This document shows, piece by piece, positions 25,354-34,773 of a stretch of 36,252 nucleotides of DNA. The number at the start of each line of letters is the position of its first letter. Position 1 is the stretch's first letter. Below the pieces are notes generated by a model. The model did no database searches. It was not told where the DNA came from and saw only the letters and a program-made list of their open reading frames with translations. This DNA is from a virus (Duplodnaviria > Caudoviricetes): positions 1-36,252 of the IMG/VR virus record IMGVR_UViG_3300038379_000967; one strand, given 5' to 3'. The position numbers and the translations under genes were made by a program.

Positions 25354-26846
25354 TGGAACTCCCCCGGTACCGCTCCCAAGCCATCCCCCAGCTCGCCTCG
25401 CAGTCGCCCGAGCAGGCGGCGGCCGAGGCCGGCTCGATGGGCCTCGCGCTCGCCAAGGGGCTGGACGTGGTGGCCCAGGTCACCGCGAGGATTCAGAGCG
25501 CCGAGGCCGAGGCAGCGGCGTCGGCGGCCCTCACCGACGTGGAGCTGAAGACCAAGGCCTTCCTGGCCGACCCCCGCTGGAGCCAGGTCGAGCTGACCGA
25601 CGCCAAGGGCACCGCGGTGGCCACCAACGAGGTGCTGTCGGACGAGTGGAAGCGGTTCTCCGCCGACCTGCTGGCGCAGGCGCCGAAGATCCGCGACCGC
25701 AACGCCAAGTTCAAGTTCGAGCAGGGGCGGAAGCAGCTGCTGGCGGCGGCCGAGGTCGAGGTCACCGGCCAGGTGCGGAGCCTCATGGTCGAGCGGGGGA
25801 AGGCCCTGACGGACTACAACGCCGCCAACCGGGCCCAGATCGGCGACTTCGCGGGCGCCATGCAGGCCTACGAGGAGGGCATGGCGAGCGGCCTGTACTC
25901 GACCGCCGAGTACATCGATCGCGCTCAGCAGCTGCAGATCCTCCAGGTCGAGGACGAGTACCTCGGCCAGATCCGTCCAGGTGCCCAGGACGTGGACCTG
26001 CCGCAGCTGGCCACCGAGATCCTGGACGACGGGCGCCTGCCGGCCGCCAACCGCCGGGCCCTGTTCCGGTCGATCGTCGCCGAGACGGAGCGCCGGGACC
26101 GCGCCGAGAGCAAGGCCATGACCGAGCGGCAGCGGGGCAACGCTGTCGCCCTCTGGGAGAACCTGGACGCGCTCACGATCGCCGACATCACCGGCACCGA
26201 TCTCCGCCCCGAGGACAAGACCGCGCTGATCAAGGCGAAGCGCGCGCAGAACCTTGAGGGCGTCGACGACCCGACCGCCATTGCAGAAGTGAACCGGCTG
26301 ATGGTTGGTCTCGGCGACGGCAGCTCCACCCGTGACGACGTACAGGCCGCCATCACCCGGAACATGGAGCAGGGCAAGTTGTCCGCTCAGGGCGGCGCGA
26401 AGTTGCTCACGGGGCTCGCCCGCACGGACGACGCGTTCTGGCAGGACGGCCGGTTTGATCGACTCCTGCGCGAGGGCGAGCTCGCGATCAACAAGGGCGT
26501 CGCCTCCGAGCAGCTGATCACCATGTTCGCCAGGGAGGAAGCCCAGCAGCGCGCCGCCCTGGCGGTCGAATGGCGACAGGCCTTCCTCACCGCGAAGATG
26601 GACGGCGGCATCGGCTTCAACGCCGAGCAGTGGTACCGCGAGAACCTCCCGAAGTACCTGGAGCGGTCCAAGGCGATCTCCGCCGCGCCGGCCAGCGGCC
26701 GGTACTACGGGTATGGCGTGTTCGACAAGGAGCAGCGGCTAGATCGGCTGGCGACGAAGAAGAAGCTCGACGAGGCCCTCGCGGCCGGCACGTTGACGAA
26801 GCTCCAGCACCAGGACGCCTACCGGGAATTTCAACTGGACCAGTAG
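25353..26846 (+). CDS. Ejection (internal virion) protein, helical
   Basis: M.LPRY N-terminus; Ala/Gln-rich helical composition; position. Confidence 0.7.
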   Translation: MELPRYRSQAIPQLASQSPEQAAAEAGSMGLALAKGLDVVAQVTARIQSAEAEAAASAALTDVELKTKAFLADPRWSQVELTDAKGTAVATNEVLSDEWKRFSADLLAQAPKIRDRNAKFKFEQGRKQLLAAAEVEVTGQVRSLMVERGKALTDYNAANRAQIGDFAGAMQAYEEGMASGLYSTAEYIDRAQQLQILQVEDEYLGQIRPGAQDVDLPQLATEILDDGRLPAANRRALFRSIVAETERRDRAESKAMTERQRGNAVALWENLDALTIADITGTDLRPEDKTALIKAKRAQNLEGVDDPTAIAEVNRLMVGLGDGSSTRDDVQAAITRNMEQGKLSAQGGAKLLTGLARTDDAFWQDGRFDRLLREGELAINKGVASEQLITMFAREEAQQRAALAVEWRQAFLTAKMDGGIGFNAEQWYRENLPKYLERSKAISAAPASGRYYGYGVFDKEQRLDRLATKKKLDEALAAGTLTKLQHQDAYREFQLDQ

Positions 26847-28361
26847 ATGGCAGGCCAGGACAACTATTTCGAGCGCATCCGATCACGGCCTTACGACCAG
26901 GCCGCCGAGCGCGCGCGCAACACGCTGGTGCCGGCCGGCGTCGCCGGCGCCCCGGGTGCGTTCGACCCGAAGGCCACCGTGCCCGCCCTGAAGCAGGTCG
27001 GGGAGTGGAGCAAGCAGGTTGCCCTCGGCGCCGTGCAGGGGCCGCTCGACGCCGTGAACGCGATGGCGAAGAAGGTCAACACGCCACTGAACGAGGCCTA
27101 CAAGGCCGTCACCGGCGCCGCGCGCGGGCCGCTGATCGACGTGAACGACGAGGGCCAGCGCATCACCCCGGAGCTCCCCGGCCAGGACCCCGAGTCGCTC
27201 GCCGGCGGCCTGTCCCGCGGGATCTCGACCTTCATGACGCTGTACGGCCCGCTCTCGGCCCAGCTCGCCGTGGCGGGGGCGGGCGGTGCCCTGGGCAGCA
27301 TGGCCGCCGGCGCCTTCGCCGACATGATGGCCTTCGAGAACAAGACGGGCACGCTGGCCGACGTGGCCCGGTCTCTGGGCTTCGATAACGAGCTCACCCA
27401 GGCCCTGTCCGGGGAGCTGTCCGACAGCGAGTGGGAGGCCTCCCTGAAGGCCGCCCTGGAGGGGGCAGGCCTCGGCCTCCTGGGACCCGCTTATGGCGCC
27501 CTCAGGTCCGGCCTGCGGCGATGGCCAGAGTACGCACCGGCCTTTCGTAAGCGACTGGCGACTGGTCCGATAGTCCCTGGGTCCCCAGCGGCCCAACGGG
27601 GCAGCGTCGGTGGTGGCGACCAGGGCCAGGGTGCGGCCGACCAGGCGCTCCCGGTCTCCGCCGAGTTTCAACCGTACGAGGCGAAGCTGACGCCGGAAGC
27701 ACGGACCAACCTGCGTGCGATGCGTGCCGATGCCGAGGCGTACCTCCCCAAGTACAAGACCATCCTGCAGGAGATCGCCAAGACGGCCACCGGCGATGCC
27801 GGCAACGCCCTGGTCGCCGACGTGAAGGGCTGGGATCGCGTCACGCAGAAGGTTGTCATGGAGGAGGGCGGCGACGCTGCCGGGATCCGCGACTTCGTGC
27901 GCGGGACGATCCTGGTGAGGAGCCGGGCCGAGGCCGAGCAGGTGTGGAAGGACCTGCAGGCGAAGTTCAAGCCGGCGGCGAACGCGCCTCGCACCAGCCT
28001 ACTCGACGGCCGGCCCGACACACTCGGCTATGCCGACCTGAAGATGAACATCATCGGCCCGAATGGGCGGCAGTACGAGGTTCAGGTCACCACGCCAGAG
28101 CTCTGGGCGGCGAAGGAGGGCGAGGGGCACAAGCTCTACGAGAGGTGGCGCGACATCGTCGGCCGGGTCCAAGCCGAGCAGCGCCCGCTTAACTCTGAGG
28201 AGCTGGCAGAGAAAGCCTCAATCGAGAACCAGAGCCGTGAGTTCTACGCGGCAGCCTTCGACTTGGCGGCCTTCTCGGGCGGGAAGCCCTTGAGCAATAC
28301 CGCGCCCAAGTCAAAGCGCTTGAACGAACCGTCCGCCAGTTCCTCGAAGCAATCCGAATGA
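26847..28361 (+). CDS. Putative ejection protein with C-terminal RelA/SpoT-like (toxSAS-like) domain
   Basis: Gly/Ala-rich N-half; VKGWDRVTQK, IRDFVRGTI, GYADLKMNI, YEVQV, GHKLYE. Confidence 0.85.
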   Translation: MAGQDNYFERIRSRPYDQAAERARNTLVPAGVAGAPGAFDPKATVPALKQVGEWSKQVALGAVQGPLDAVNAMAKKVNTPLNEAYKAVTGAARGPLIDVNDEGQRITPELPGQDPESLAGGLSRGISTFMTLYGPLSAQLAVAGAGGALGSMAAGAFADMMAFENKTGTLADVARSLGFDNELTQALSGELSDSEWEASLKAALEGAGLGLLGPAYGALRSGLRRWPEYAPAFRKRLATGPIVPGSPAAQRGSVGGGDQGQGAADQALPVSAEFQPYEAKLTPEARTNLRAMRADAEAYLPKYKTILQEIAKTATGDAGNALVADVKGWDRVTQKVVMEEGGDAAGIRDFVRGTILVRSRAEAEQVWKDLQAKFKPAANAPRTSLLDGRPDTLGYADLKMNIIGPNGRQYEVQVTTPELWAAKEGEGHKLYERWRDIVGRVQAEQRPLNSEELAEKASIENQSREFYAAAFDLAAFSGGKPLSNTAPKSKRLNEPSASSSKQSE

Positions 28362-28459
28362 TCCGGCGCCACCCAGAACTTGCGCTTGCGGTCCGTCCAG
28401 CCCCACTGCTCCCAGTCGGCACCGGGCTTTGTCGGGTAGCTGTTGGTTTGCTTGTCCAC
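28244..28459 (-). CDS. 71-aa antisense ORF, candidate immunity protein or antitoxin
   Basis: Overlaps the 3' 118 nt of the RelA-like gene; TAGAAT 6 nt before its GTG; aromatic and charged composition. Confidence 0.65.
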   Translation of the reverse strand: MDKQTNSYPTKPGADWEQWGWTDRKRKFWVAPDHSDCFEELADGSFKRFDLGAVLLKGFPPEKAAKSKAAA

Positions 28460-28535
28460 GTCGCAATTCTACACCCAGGGGTGTCCCCATGACGGGGCGA
28501 TTTCGCATAACGGGCGTGCCCGGAGGCAACCCCCT

Positions 28536-31379
28536 GTGAGCCGAATCAAGGGCTTAAAGCCCCCGAAGCGCGTCCCGCCTGCGCCGCCTGGACCGCAGGG
28601 CGCCGGCCTGCCGCCGCCCGCCGGGGGTGCCACCGTGGTGACGCCGCCCGGAGCACCACCCGGCGGCCTTCCACCCGGGTCTCCGCCTGGCGCGCCGCCG
28701 CCCGCCACGGGCACGGAGAACCTCATCCGCCGGGCCCAGGAGCCGCCCGCCGATCCCCTGCGGCTCACGTCCGACAGCGATCCGGTCCTCGACCGTGCGG
28801 CGAATCCGCAGCCCATGGAGCGCCCACGCAGCGAGTTCCGGAACATCAACCTGGAGCGGCTCGACACCGAGGAGGGCGTCAACCAGGTGCTGGACGCGGT
28901 GTCGGTGTCGACCGAGAACGCCGGGTACAACCCGCGGCCGCTGACGGAGACCGCCGAGAACGCCGGCGCCCTCGACGAGCGAGCCATGCTTGGCACCCTG
29001 ATGCGCCGGAAGCCCGGCCAGACCCTGAACGACGCCCAGCTCACCCGGGCCCGGCAGCTGATGGTGGCGAGCGCCGAGCAGCTCCAGGACTGGGGCCGGG
29101 CGCTCCAGGTGAAAGGTCGGGCCAACGTCACCGACCTCGAGCTCATCGAGTACCAGCGGGCACTCCAGCGGCACACGGTGCTGCAGACGTCCGTCCAGGG
29201 CGCGATTCGCGAGACCGCGCGGGCGCTCAGTGCCTTGCGCCTGGTCCCCGACCGGCTGGATCCCCAGGCCATCGAGGCGGCCCTCCAGGGCGGTGGTGGC
29301 CCGGACGCGATCTTCCAGAAGGCCCTGCTCATCGCCGACGCCCCCACCGTGGAGGAGGCCTCGAAGAAGGCCGGCGCCGTCAGCTGGCTGGGCCGGGCCG
29401 CCGAGAACCTCGTCTACTACCGGACCATGAGCCTGCTCTCGGGCCCGCGTACGCACGTGGTCAACGCCGTGAGCAACTCCCTGGTAAACCTGCTGGCGCT
29501 CCCGGAGCGGGCCCTGGCCGGCGCCATCAGCCAGACCCTGGGCTCCGGCCAGGTGTACGCGGCCGAGGCCGGGCAGATGTTCTACGGCGACGTGAACAAC
29601 CTGCTGGACGCCTTCCGGCTGGCCGGGAAGGCCTGGAAGACTGGCGACAGCGTCTTCGGCCAGACGAAGATCGAGACCGATACCACCATCCACTCGGCCA
29701 GCGAGTACGGACTCGAGCACGGCGACCCGATGGCCATGGCTTACGACTGGGCGGCGTCCGCGGTGAGCGCGCCGGGCCGGGCCCTGACGGCAGCGGACGA
29801 GTTCTACAAGACCCTGGCCTTCAACCAGCAGGCCCGGGCGCTGGCGTACCGGGTGGCCCGCGGGGAGGGGAAGACCGGGCAGGAGCTCGCCGAGCGCATC
29901 GAGGAGATCCTCGCCGGGCCCAACCAGGAGAAGATCCTCGAGGGGCTGAACGCCCAGGGGCTGACCGGCGACGAGCGGGACCTGGCCTTCATGGCCAAGC
30001 TCTCGGCCGAGGAGCGGCAGTTCCAGCAGCTGTACCGGGAGTCGGTGCAGTTCTCGCGCTACCAGACCTTCTCGGACAGCATGGAGAGCGGGATCGGCAA
30101 GGGCCTCGCCCAGGTGCACCGGTCGAGCCCGGCGGTGCGCCTGATCGTCCCCTTCTACCGGACCCCGGCCAACATCCTGAGCTATGCCGTCGAGCGGTCG
30201 CCGATGTTCGCGGCGGCGCCGAACTTCTGGCGCAGCATCCAGAAGGGCGGGGCGGCCCGGGACGAGGCCATGGCCCGGGCGGTCATGGGCTCGGCCATCG
30301 CCGCCTGGGCGATCTCCGCGTCCACGGACGGCACCCTCAGCGGCGCCGGCCCGTCGAACCCGCAGCTGCGGAAGGTGTACGAGGCCGCGGGGTGGAAGCC
30401 CTACACCCTCACCGTGGGCGACGAGGCCATCAACTACGACCGCCTCGAGCCCGTCACCACCCCGCTCGCGGTGATCGCGGACATGGCCGAGGCCTACCGC
30501 TACGCCACCAGCGACAAGCAGCGCGAGCACATCCTGGTCGTGATGACCGCGAGCCTCGCGGAGGCCATGAACGACAAGGCCATGCTGACCGGCCTGTCGG
30601 ACCTGGTGGACGCCCTCGCGGCGGCGCAGTCCGGCGGTAAGTCCGGGTTCACGGATCGCCTGGTGCAGAGCTTCCTGCCCTATTCGAGCTTCCAGCGTTC
30701 GGCGCGCAACGCCCTGGATCCCGAGCGGAAGCAGACTGAGGCCGGCGGTCCCCTGGAAAGCGCCCTCAACTACGTCCGCAACAGCATCCCGATCCCGGTG
30801 CTGTACGAGGACCTCCCGCCGATGGTGGACTTCTGGGGCGCGCCCATGGACTCCCAGGACTTCATCGGCCCGGACATGCTCTCGCCGTTCTACATGGCGA
30901 AGTACCAGGACGACGACGCCACCTACGCCCTGGCCCAGAACGGGGTGGCGCCGAGCGCCGTGCCCTGCGAGATGAGCGTCCAGGGGGTGCGGGTGGACCT
31001 GCACGAGCTCGACATCGGCAAGGGCACCGGACAGGCCTGCTACGAGTACCGCCAGCTGGTCGGCCAGGAGCGCCGGTCAGCCGTGCAGCAGGTAATCGGG
31101 TCCAAGGGCTACAGCGATCCCCGGGTGCGCGTGGGCGGCCCACAGGACGAGACGGCGACCGTCGTCACCCGCGGCGACCTCCTACAACTGGCCCTCTCCC
31201 AGGGCAAGCAGGCCGGCACCGCCAAGTTCGTGCAGAGGTACCAGGCCGCCGTGGAGCGCGTGATGGTCGGCGAGATGAGCAAGGTCCGCCCCGTCTCGCC
31301 CCCGCCGGCCTTCATCGAAAAGGGCCGCGACCGGGCCCGGATGTCCAAACCGGCCCCGGCCGGCGAGCCCAAGTTCTGA
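28536..31379 (+). CDS. Large ejection (internal virion) protein
   Basis: SD GGAGG before GTG 28536; NINL.R, SLLSGP.TH..N..SN, P.R.L.A.DEF.K, PF.RTP.NI, G.GP.....R......GW.PY. Confidence 0.85.
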   Translation: MSRIKGLKPPKRVPPAPPGPQGAGLPPPAGGATVVTPPGAPPGGLPPGSPPGAPPPATGTENLIRRAQEPPADPLRLTSDSDPVLDRAANPQPMERPRSEFRNINLERLDTEEGVNQVLDAVSVSTENAGYNPRPLTETAENAGALDERAMLGTLMRRKPGQTLNDAQLTRARQLMVASAEQLQDWGRALQVKGRANVTDLELIEYQRALQRHTVLQTSVQGAIRETARALSALRLVPDRLDPQAIEAALQGGGGPDAIFQKALLIADAPTVEEASKKAGAVSWLGRAAENLVYYRTMSLLSGPRTHVVNAVSNSLVNLLALPERALAGAISQTLGSGQVYAAEAGQMFYGDVNNLLDAFRLAGKAWKTGDSVFGQTKIETDTTIHSASEYGLEHGDPMAMAYDWAASAVSAPGRALTAADEFYKTLAFNQQARALAYRVARGEGKTGQELAERIEEILAGPNQEKILEGLNAQGLTGDERDLAFMAKLSAEERQFQQLYRESVQFSRYQTFSDSMESGIGKGLAQVHRSSPAVRLIVPFYRTPANILSYAVERSPMFAAAPNFWRSIQKGGAARDEAMARAVMGSAIAAWAISASTDGTLSGAGPSNPQLRKVYEAAGWKPYTLTVGDEAINYDRLEPVTTPLAVIADMAEAYRYATSDKQREHILVVMTASLAEAMNDKAMLTGLSDLVDALAAAQSGGKSGFTDRLVQSFLPYSSFQRSARNALDPERKQTEAGGPLESALNYVRNSIPIPVLYEDLPPMVDFWGAPMDSQDFIGPDMLSPFYMAKYQDDDATYALAQNGVAPSAVPCEMSVQGVRVDLHELDIGKGTGQACYEYRQLVGQERRSAVQQVIGSKGYSDPRVRVGGPQDETATVVTRGDLLQLALSQGKQAGTAKFVQRYQAAVERVMVGEMSKVRPVSPPPAFIEKGRDRARMSKPAPAGEPKF

Positions 31380-31399
31380 ACTTCAACGAGGAGACTCCC

Positions 31400-32092
31400 A
31401 TGCCGTACCCCCCGCAAAAGACCTACCAGCAGACCACCCCGGAGACCGCACTGGATCCGCAGCGCAACGCGATCGCGGGCGGCACCGGCAACGCCCACAC
31501 CATCCCGGGCACCACGCCCGGCCAGTTGGCCGCCCTCGCCATGAAGCCCTACAACACCGGCAGCGGCTACGACCTCACCCTGACTGGCACCACGCCATTC
31601 GGCAGGGAGATCGTCGGGACGTCATGGAGCGCAACGGCGTCACCGGTCATCAACGACGCCAACGGTAACGGCACGGGATTCGACACCGGCGACACGCTGG
31701 TGTCCTGGTACTTCACGAACGTCGTGATCAACGGCCCAGGCCCGATTTCGAGCGCGACGTTGTACGTCCCGGTGGCAAGCGTCAGTGTCCCCTCTGTCCT
31801 GAAAATTCACGGGGAGAGCAATGCTTCTGCGCCAACGACCGCGAACTTCGACAACGCTTCTCGGCGCCCGTCTCTGGTCACGAGGCTCGGCACGACGGCG
31901 TCGAGCGCCTTGATCTCTGGCGCTGGAAACGTGTCTGTCGATGTCACCGCTGTCGTCAATGCCATCATCGCTGGTGCGCAATGGGCTGCCGGCAACAGCA
32001 TCAACCTGATTGGCGAGTGCGCAACGGCCAACGGCAATGTCACGTTCTCGAACGAGGCCGGCGGTACACACCGGCTGGTGATCGTCCAGTAA
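31400..32092 (+). CDS. Putative virion surface or adsorption protein with beta-sandwich (DNRLRE-like) domain
   Basis: SD GAGGAG; F.NV.I.....ISSATL...VDVTAVV..I.....W..GN.I.L; Thr/Gly/Asn-rich; codon usage drifts in the 3' half. Confidence 0.6.
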   Translation: MPYPPQKTYQQTTPETALDPQRNAIAGGTGNAHTIPGTTPGQLAALAMKPYNTGSGYDLTLTGTTPFGREIVGTSWSATASPVINDANGNGTGFDTGDTLVSWYFTNVVINGPGPISSATLYVPVASVSVPSVLKIHGESNASAPTTANFDNASRRPSLVTRLGTTASSALISGAGNVSVDVTAVVNAIIAGAQWAAGNSINLIGECATANGNVTFSNEAGGTHRLVIVQ

Positions 32093-32095
32093 GCC

Positions 32096-33559
32096 ATGGC
32101 GAACCTGCCGACCGTTGCCCCGTGGACGATCCCGTTCACGCGGATGATCCGATCGCGGCTGCTGGTGGTAGCCAACAGCTCGGTGACCTGGTCGGTCACC
32201 GAGACCGAGTACTACTGCCAGCGGCGCGGGATCCCGCTGTCGAACATCGTCTACCTCGCGCTCGGCAACGGCGGGTCGCCAACGACCTACGATTCGATCT
32301 ACGAGGCTGGCACCTGGGCAAACGTTTTGGCGACGATCGTCACGCCGGTCGCGACGAAGGCCCGCCAGCTGTTCGCGCAGGGCATCATTCTGGGGCCTGG
32401 CGTACCGGTGGGGTGCCAGTTCCCGTCGTACGCGGGACCACTCCAGGTGGCGCCGATGACGGACGTCGTGCGCCTCATCGGGTACCCAGGCCCGCCCAAC
32501 GAACCCTTCGGCACCCTGTACGCAGACGACCGTGGTGGTGGGCGGGTTGCCGTCACCAACGGCGGCTTCATTCCGCTCGAAATGGGGGTCGGGCCGAACG
32601 GGGCTTGGGAAAATCCCACGTCTGTGGTTGATACGGCCACCACTTACAGCCTTCCGTTGTCTCCTAGCGCCGGCAACGTCGATCTGCCCATTGGAGGTAC
32701 CCAGAGTCTCGATGCGGTGACCGACACCAAGCTGGGGCACCCCGTCGACTGGTATGCCCTCGACAACAACACGGTCGATGGCAACCTGGCGCTTAAGTTC
32801 GCGGGCCCCTGTCCGCCGATTGGGCGCGTCGGAGCCTCATCACTCGGCGGCGGCTACCTGGGCAACCCGCCCTATGCCGAGACGCAGGCCTTCGTGCGCG
32901 ACCTGATCGACCGGGCGACAGCCCAGATGGCGGCCCATAGCGTCGGTGAGGCGCGGCGCAAGCCCATCCTGTTCAACCTGACGACCGCCGACGGCGGGAC
33001 CGCTACCGGGGCGCGCTGGTCCTACTTCAGGACGTTATGCGAAGGGTGGGGGTTGAACACGAAGTACGCCTACTACAACCCGGCCGGGCACCGCAACGAC
33101 ACGAAGGCAATGAGCGCGCCAGGCAGCGCGGCGTACACGGCGCTGCAACTGGAGTTCGGGGAGGTCATCGACTTCGAGTACTACCTGATGGTCGGTGGGT
33201 GGGACAACGTGAACTTCTACGATGCCCCTTACGCCAACGCCTGGAAGCCGCAACCGGGCGCCGGCGTCCTGATGGGGCCGTCCAACGGCTTCCAGGTCAC
33301 GAACCGCGCGCTCGAGCGCGGGGCCTTGGCCGGTCGCGGCGACATGACCCATGCCACCACCGCAACGCTGACGGCGGACCTTTCCACGCTGCATAACCTG
33401 CTGCGTGGGATGACCTGGATGGAGGCCATGTTCTTCAGCCAGCCCATGGGCCACGCCCCGATTGGTGACCCTCTATGGGCGCCGTTCGGCTTCGACAACC
33501 AAGTCTTTTCGACCAACAACCGCAACCGGAAGATCAGCATTCCGAGGCTTCGCAAATGA
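32096..33559 (+). CDS. TIGR03790-like protein without signal peptide
   Basis: LLVVANSS...S....EYY.QRRGIP..NIV.L; IGR; L.RG.T..EA...S; IGDPL..PF. Confidence 0.7.
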   Translation: MANLPTVAPWTIPFTRMIRSRLLVVANSSVTWSVTETEYYCQRRGIPLSNIVYLALGNGGSPTTYDSIYEAGTWANVLATIVTPVATKARQLFAQGIILGPGVPVGCQFPSYAGPLQVAPMTDVVRLIGYPGPPNEPFGTLYADDRGGGRVAVTNGGFIPLEMGVGPNGAWENPTSVVDTATTYSLPLSPSAGNVDLPIGGTQSLDAVTDTKLGHPVDWYALDNNTVDGNLALKFAGPCPPIGRVGASSLGGGYLGNPPYAETQAFVRDLIDRATAQMAAHSVGEARRKPILFNLTTADGGTATGARWSYFRTLCEGWGLNTKYAYYNPAGHRNDTKAMSAPGSAAYTALQLEFGEVIDFEYYLMVGGWDNVNFYDAPYANAWKPQPGAGVLMGPSNGFQVTNRALERGALAGRGDMTHATTATLTADLSTLHNLLRGMTWMEAMFFSQPMGHAPIGDPLWAPFGFDNQVFSTNNRNRKISIPRLRK

Positions 33560-33639
33560 GCAAGCTCCTCCCCGCCCTGATGCTGGCCGCCGCTGCCCTG
33601 GTCTTGCTCTGGCTCTCAACCCAGGACCTGTTCCGATGA
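33556..33639 (+). CDS. 27-aa single-transmembrane peptide MSKLLPALMLAAAALVLLWLSTQDLFR (not in the ORF track)
   Basis: ATGA coupling at both ends; hydrophobic core. Confidence 0.55.
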   Translation: MSKLLPALMLAAAALVLLWLSTQDLFR

Positions 33640-34028
33640 TCGACCGACTGCTGGAGGCCGTGACCTCCATCGTTCCGCCGGTGGACGACAACCCGCTCAG
33701 GCAGCGGAAGTGGCGGTTGAGCATCGCGCTGTGGCAGATCGGGCTGACGGCCTTCGTCACGTTTCACGTCGCGTGGGCGTGCAACTGGCTGCCGGGGATC
33801 GGCGGCTTCGCCATGGCGGCGGATGTGGAGAAGCTCCAGCGGGACGTGCACACGATCATCGTGGCCCAAGTGCGCGGCGACCTGTTCGCGGTGCGCGTCA
33901 AGCAGTGCGAGGCCATGAAGGAGGGTCGGCCGACGGCGGTCTACGCCGAGAAGTTGCAGGACCTCCTCGCCATCTACGAGGACGCGACGGGCGGGACCTA
34001 CCGGCTGCCGCTCTGCCAGGAGATGTGA
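33636..34028 (+). CDS. Membrane protein of the lysis cassette (holin or antiholin candidate)
   Basis: Start ATG 33636; basic RQRKWR, one transmembrane segment, then a soluble C-domain with two Cys. Confidence 0.6.
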   Translation: MIDRLLEAVTSIVPPVDDNPLRQRKWRLSIALWQIGLTAFVTFHVAWACNWLPGIGGFAMAADVEKLQRDVHTIIVAQVRGDLFAVRVKQCEAMKEGRPTAVYAEKLQDLLAIYEDATGGTYRLPLCQEM

Positions 34029-34234
34029 CCGTGCTGGAGTCATTGAAGCGGACCAAACTGTTGCAGTCGGCCTTCGTGCAGATCACCGGGGCGGTGGCCC
34101 TGTTCACCGGGAAGATCGACGGTGCCACGTATGTGGCCCTGTCCACCATTGCCCTCGGCATCTACGCCACGGCGGACGTCATCGAGAAGCGGCACGCGGC
34201 CGTGGACGACCCCAACGAGGGCGGGGTCCGGTGA
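34025..34234 (+). CDS. Putative holin with two transmembrane segments
   Basis: KRTKLL, two hydrophobic segments, charged tail; GTGA coupling. Confidence 0.65.
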   Translation: MTVLESLKRTKLLQSAFVQITGAVALFTGKIDGATYVALSTIALGIYATADVIEKRHAAVDDPNEGGVR

Positions 34235-34773
34235 TGTGGGGCCTCACGCCTGTCCGGCTGTCCATCCTTGCCGGCGTTGTGCTCGCTGCATTCGTTGCCG
34301 GCGGGATCGCGACCTGGTGGGGCCTGGCGGCGCCGCGGATCCTGGCGGCGAACGAGCGCGGACAGGCGGCGCTGAACAATCTCCGGGCGGATTACTCGAC
34401 GAAGCTGGCGGCCGGCGAGCGGGCAGCGCGGAACGCTCTGGAGGCGGAAGTCACGAAGGCGGAGGAAGCTGACCGTGCATACCAGGCTGAACTCGAACGG
34501 ATCCGGGCCGAGGCTGCTGCTCGGCCTCCTCGCATTGTCCGCGTGTGGGTGCCATGCGCCGCCCCCAACCCCGGACCCACCCCCGGTGATGATCCGGCCG
34601 GTGGTCCCGGCGTCGCTGCTGGCGCCCCCGCCGACGGACCTGGAATGGGACCTGATGGGCCGGGCGGCTATCGAACGCTTGACGTCTCCGGCATCGACGC
34701 CATCACCGACCGCGGCAAGGCCGTGAGCGCGCAGCTTCGGGCCCTGCAGGAGAGGTGCGATGCGTCTCACTGA
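34231..34773 (+). CDS. Rz: Rz-like inner-membrane spanin
   Basis: N-terminal transmembrane helix, coiled coil, RVWV.C, terminal QLRALQ helix. Confidence 0.85.
   Translation: MMWGLTPVRLSILAGVVLAAFVAGGIATWWGLAAPRILAANERGQAALNNLRADYSTKLAAGERAARNALEAEVTKAEEADRAYQAELERIRAEAAARPPRIVRVWVPCAAPNPGPTPGDDPAGGPGVAAGAPADGPGMGPDGPGGYRTLDVSGIDAITDRGKAVSAQLRALQERCDASH
34475..34726 (+). CDS. Rz1: Rz1-like outer-membrane lipoprotein spanin embedded in Rz (+1 frame)
   Basis: SD GGAGG at 34461; LLLGLLALSA|C lipobox; Pro-rich mature part. Confidence 0.75.
   Translation: MHTRLNSNGSGPRLLLGLLALSACGCHAPPPTPDPPPVMIRPVVPASLLAPPPTDLEWDLMGRAAIERLTSPASTPSPTAARP

Noticed and set aside
17737-31004. Long minus-strand ORFs (17737-19578, 20329-22041, 22050-23984, 28554-31004)
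   Set aside because: Antisense shadows of high-GC3 structural genes with no motifs; only 28244-28459 has independent support
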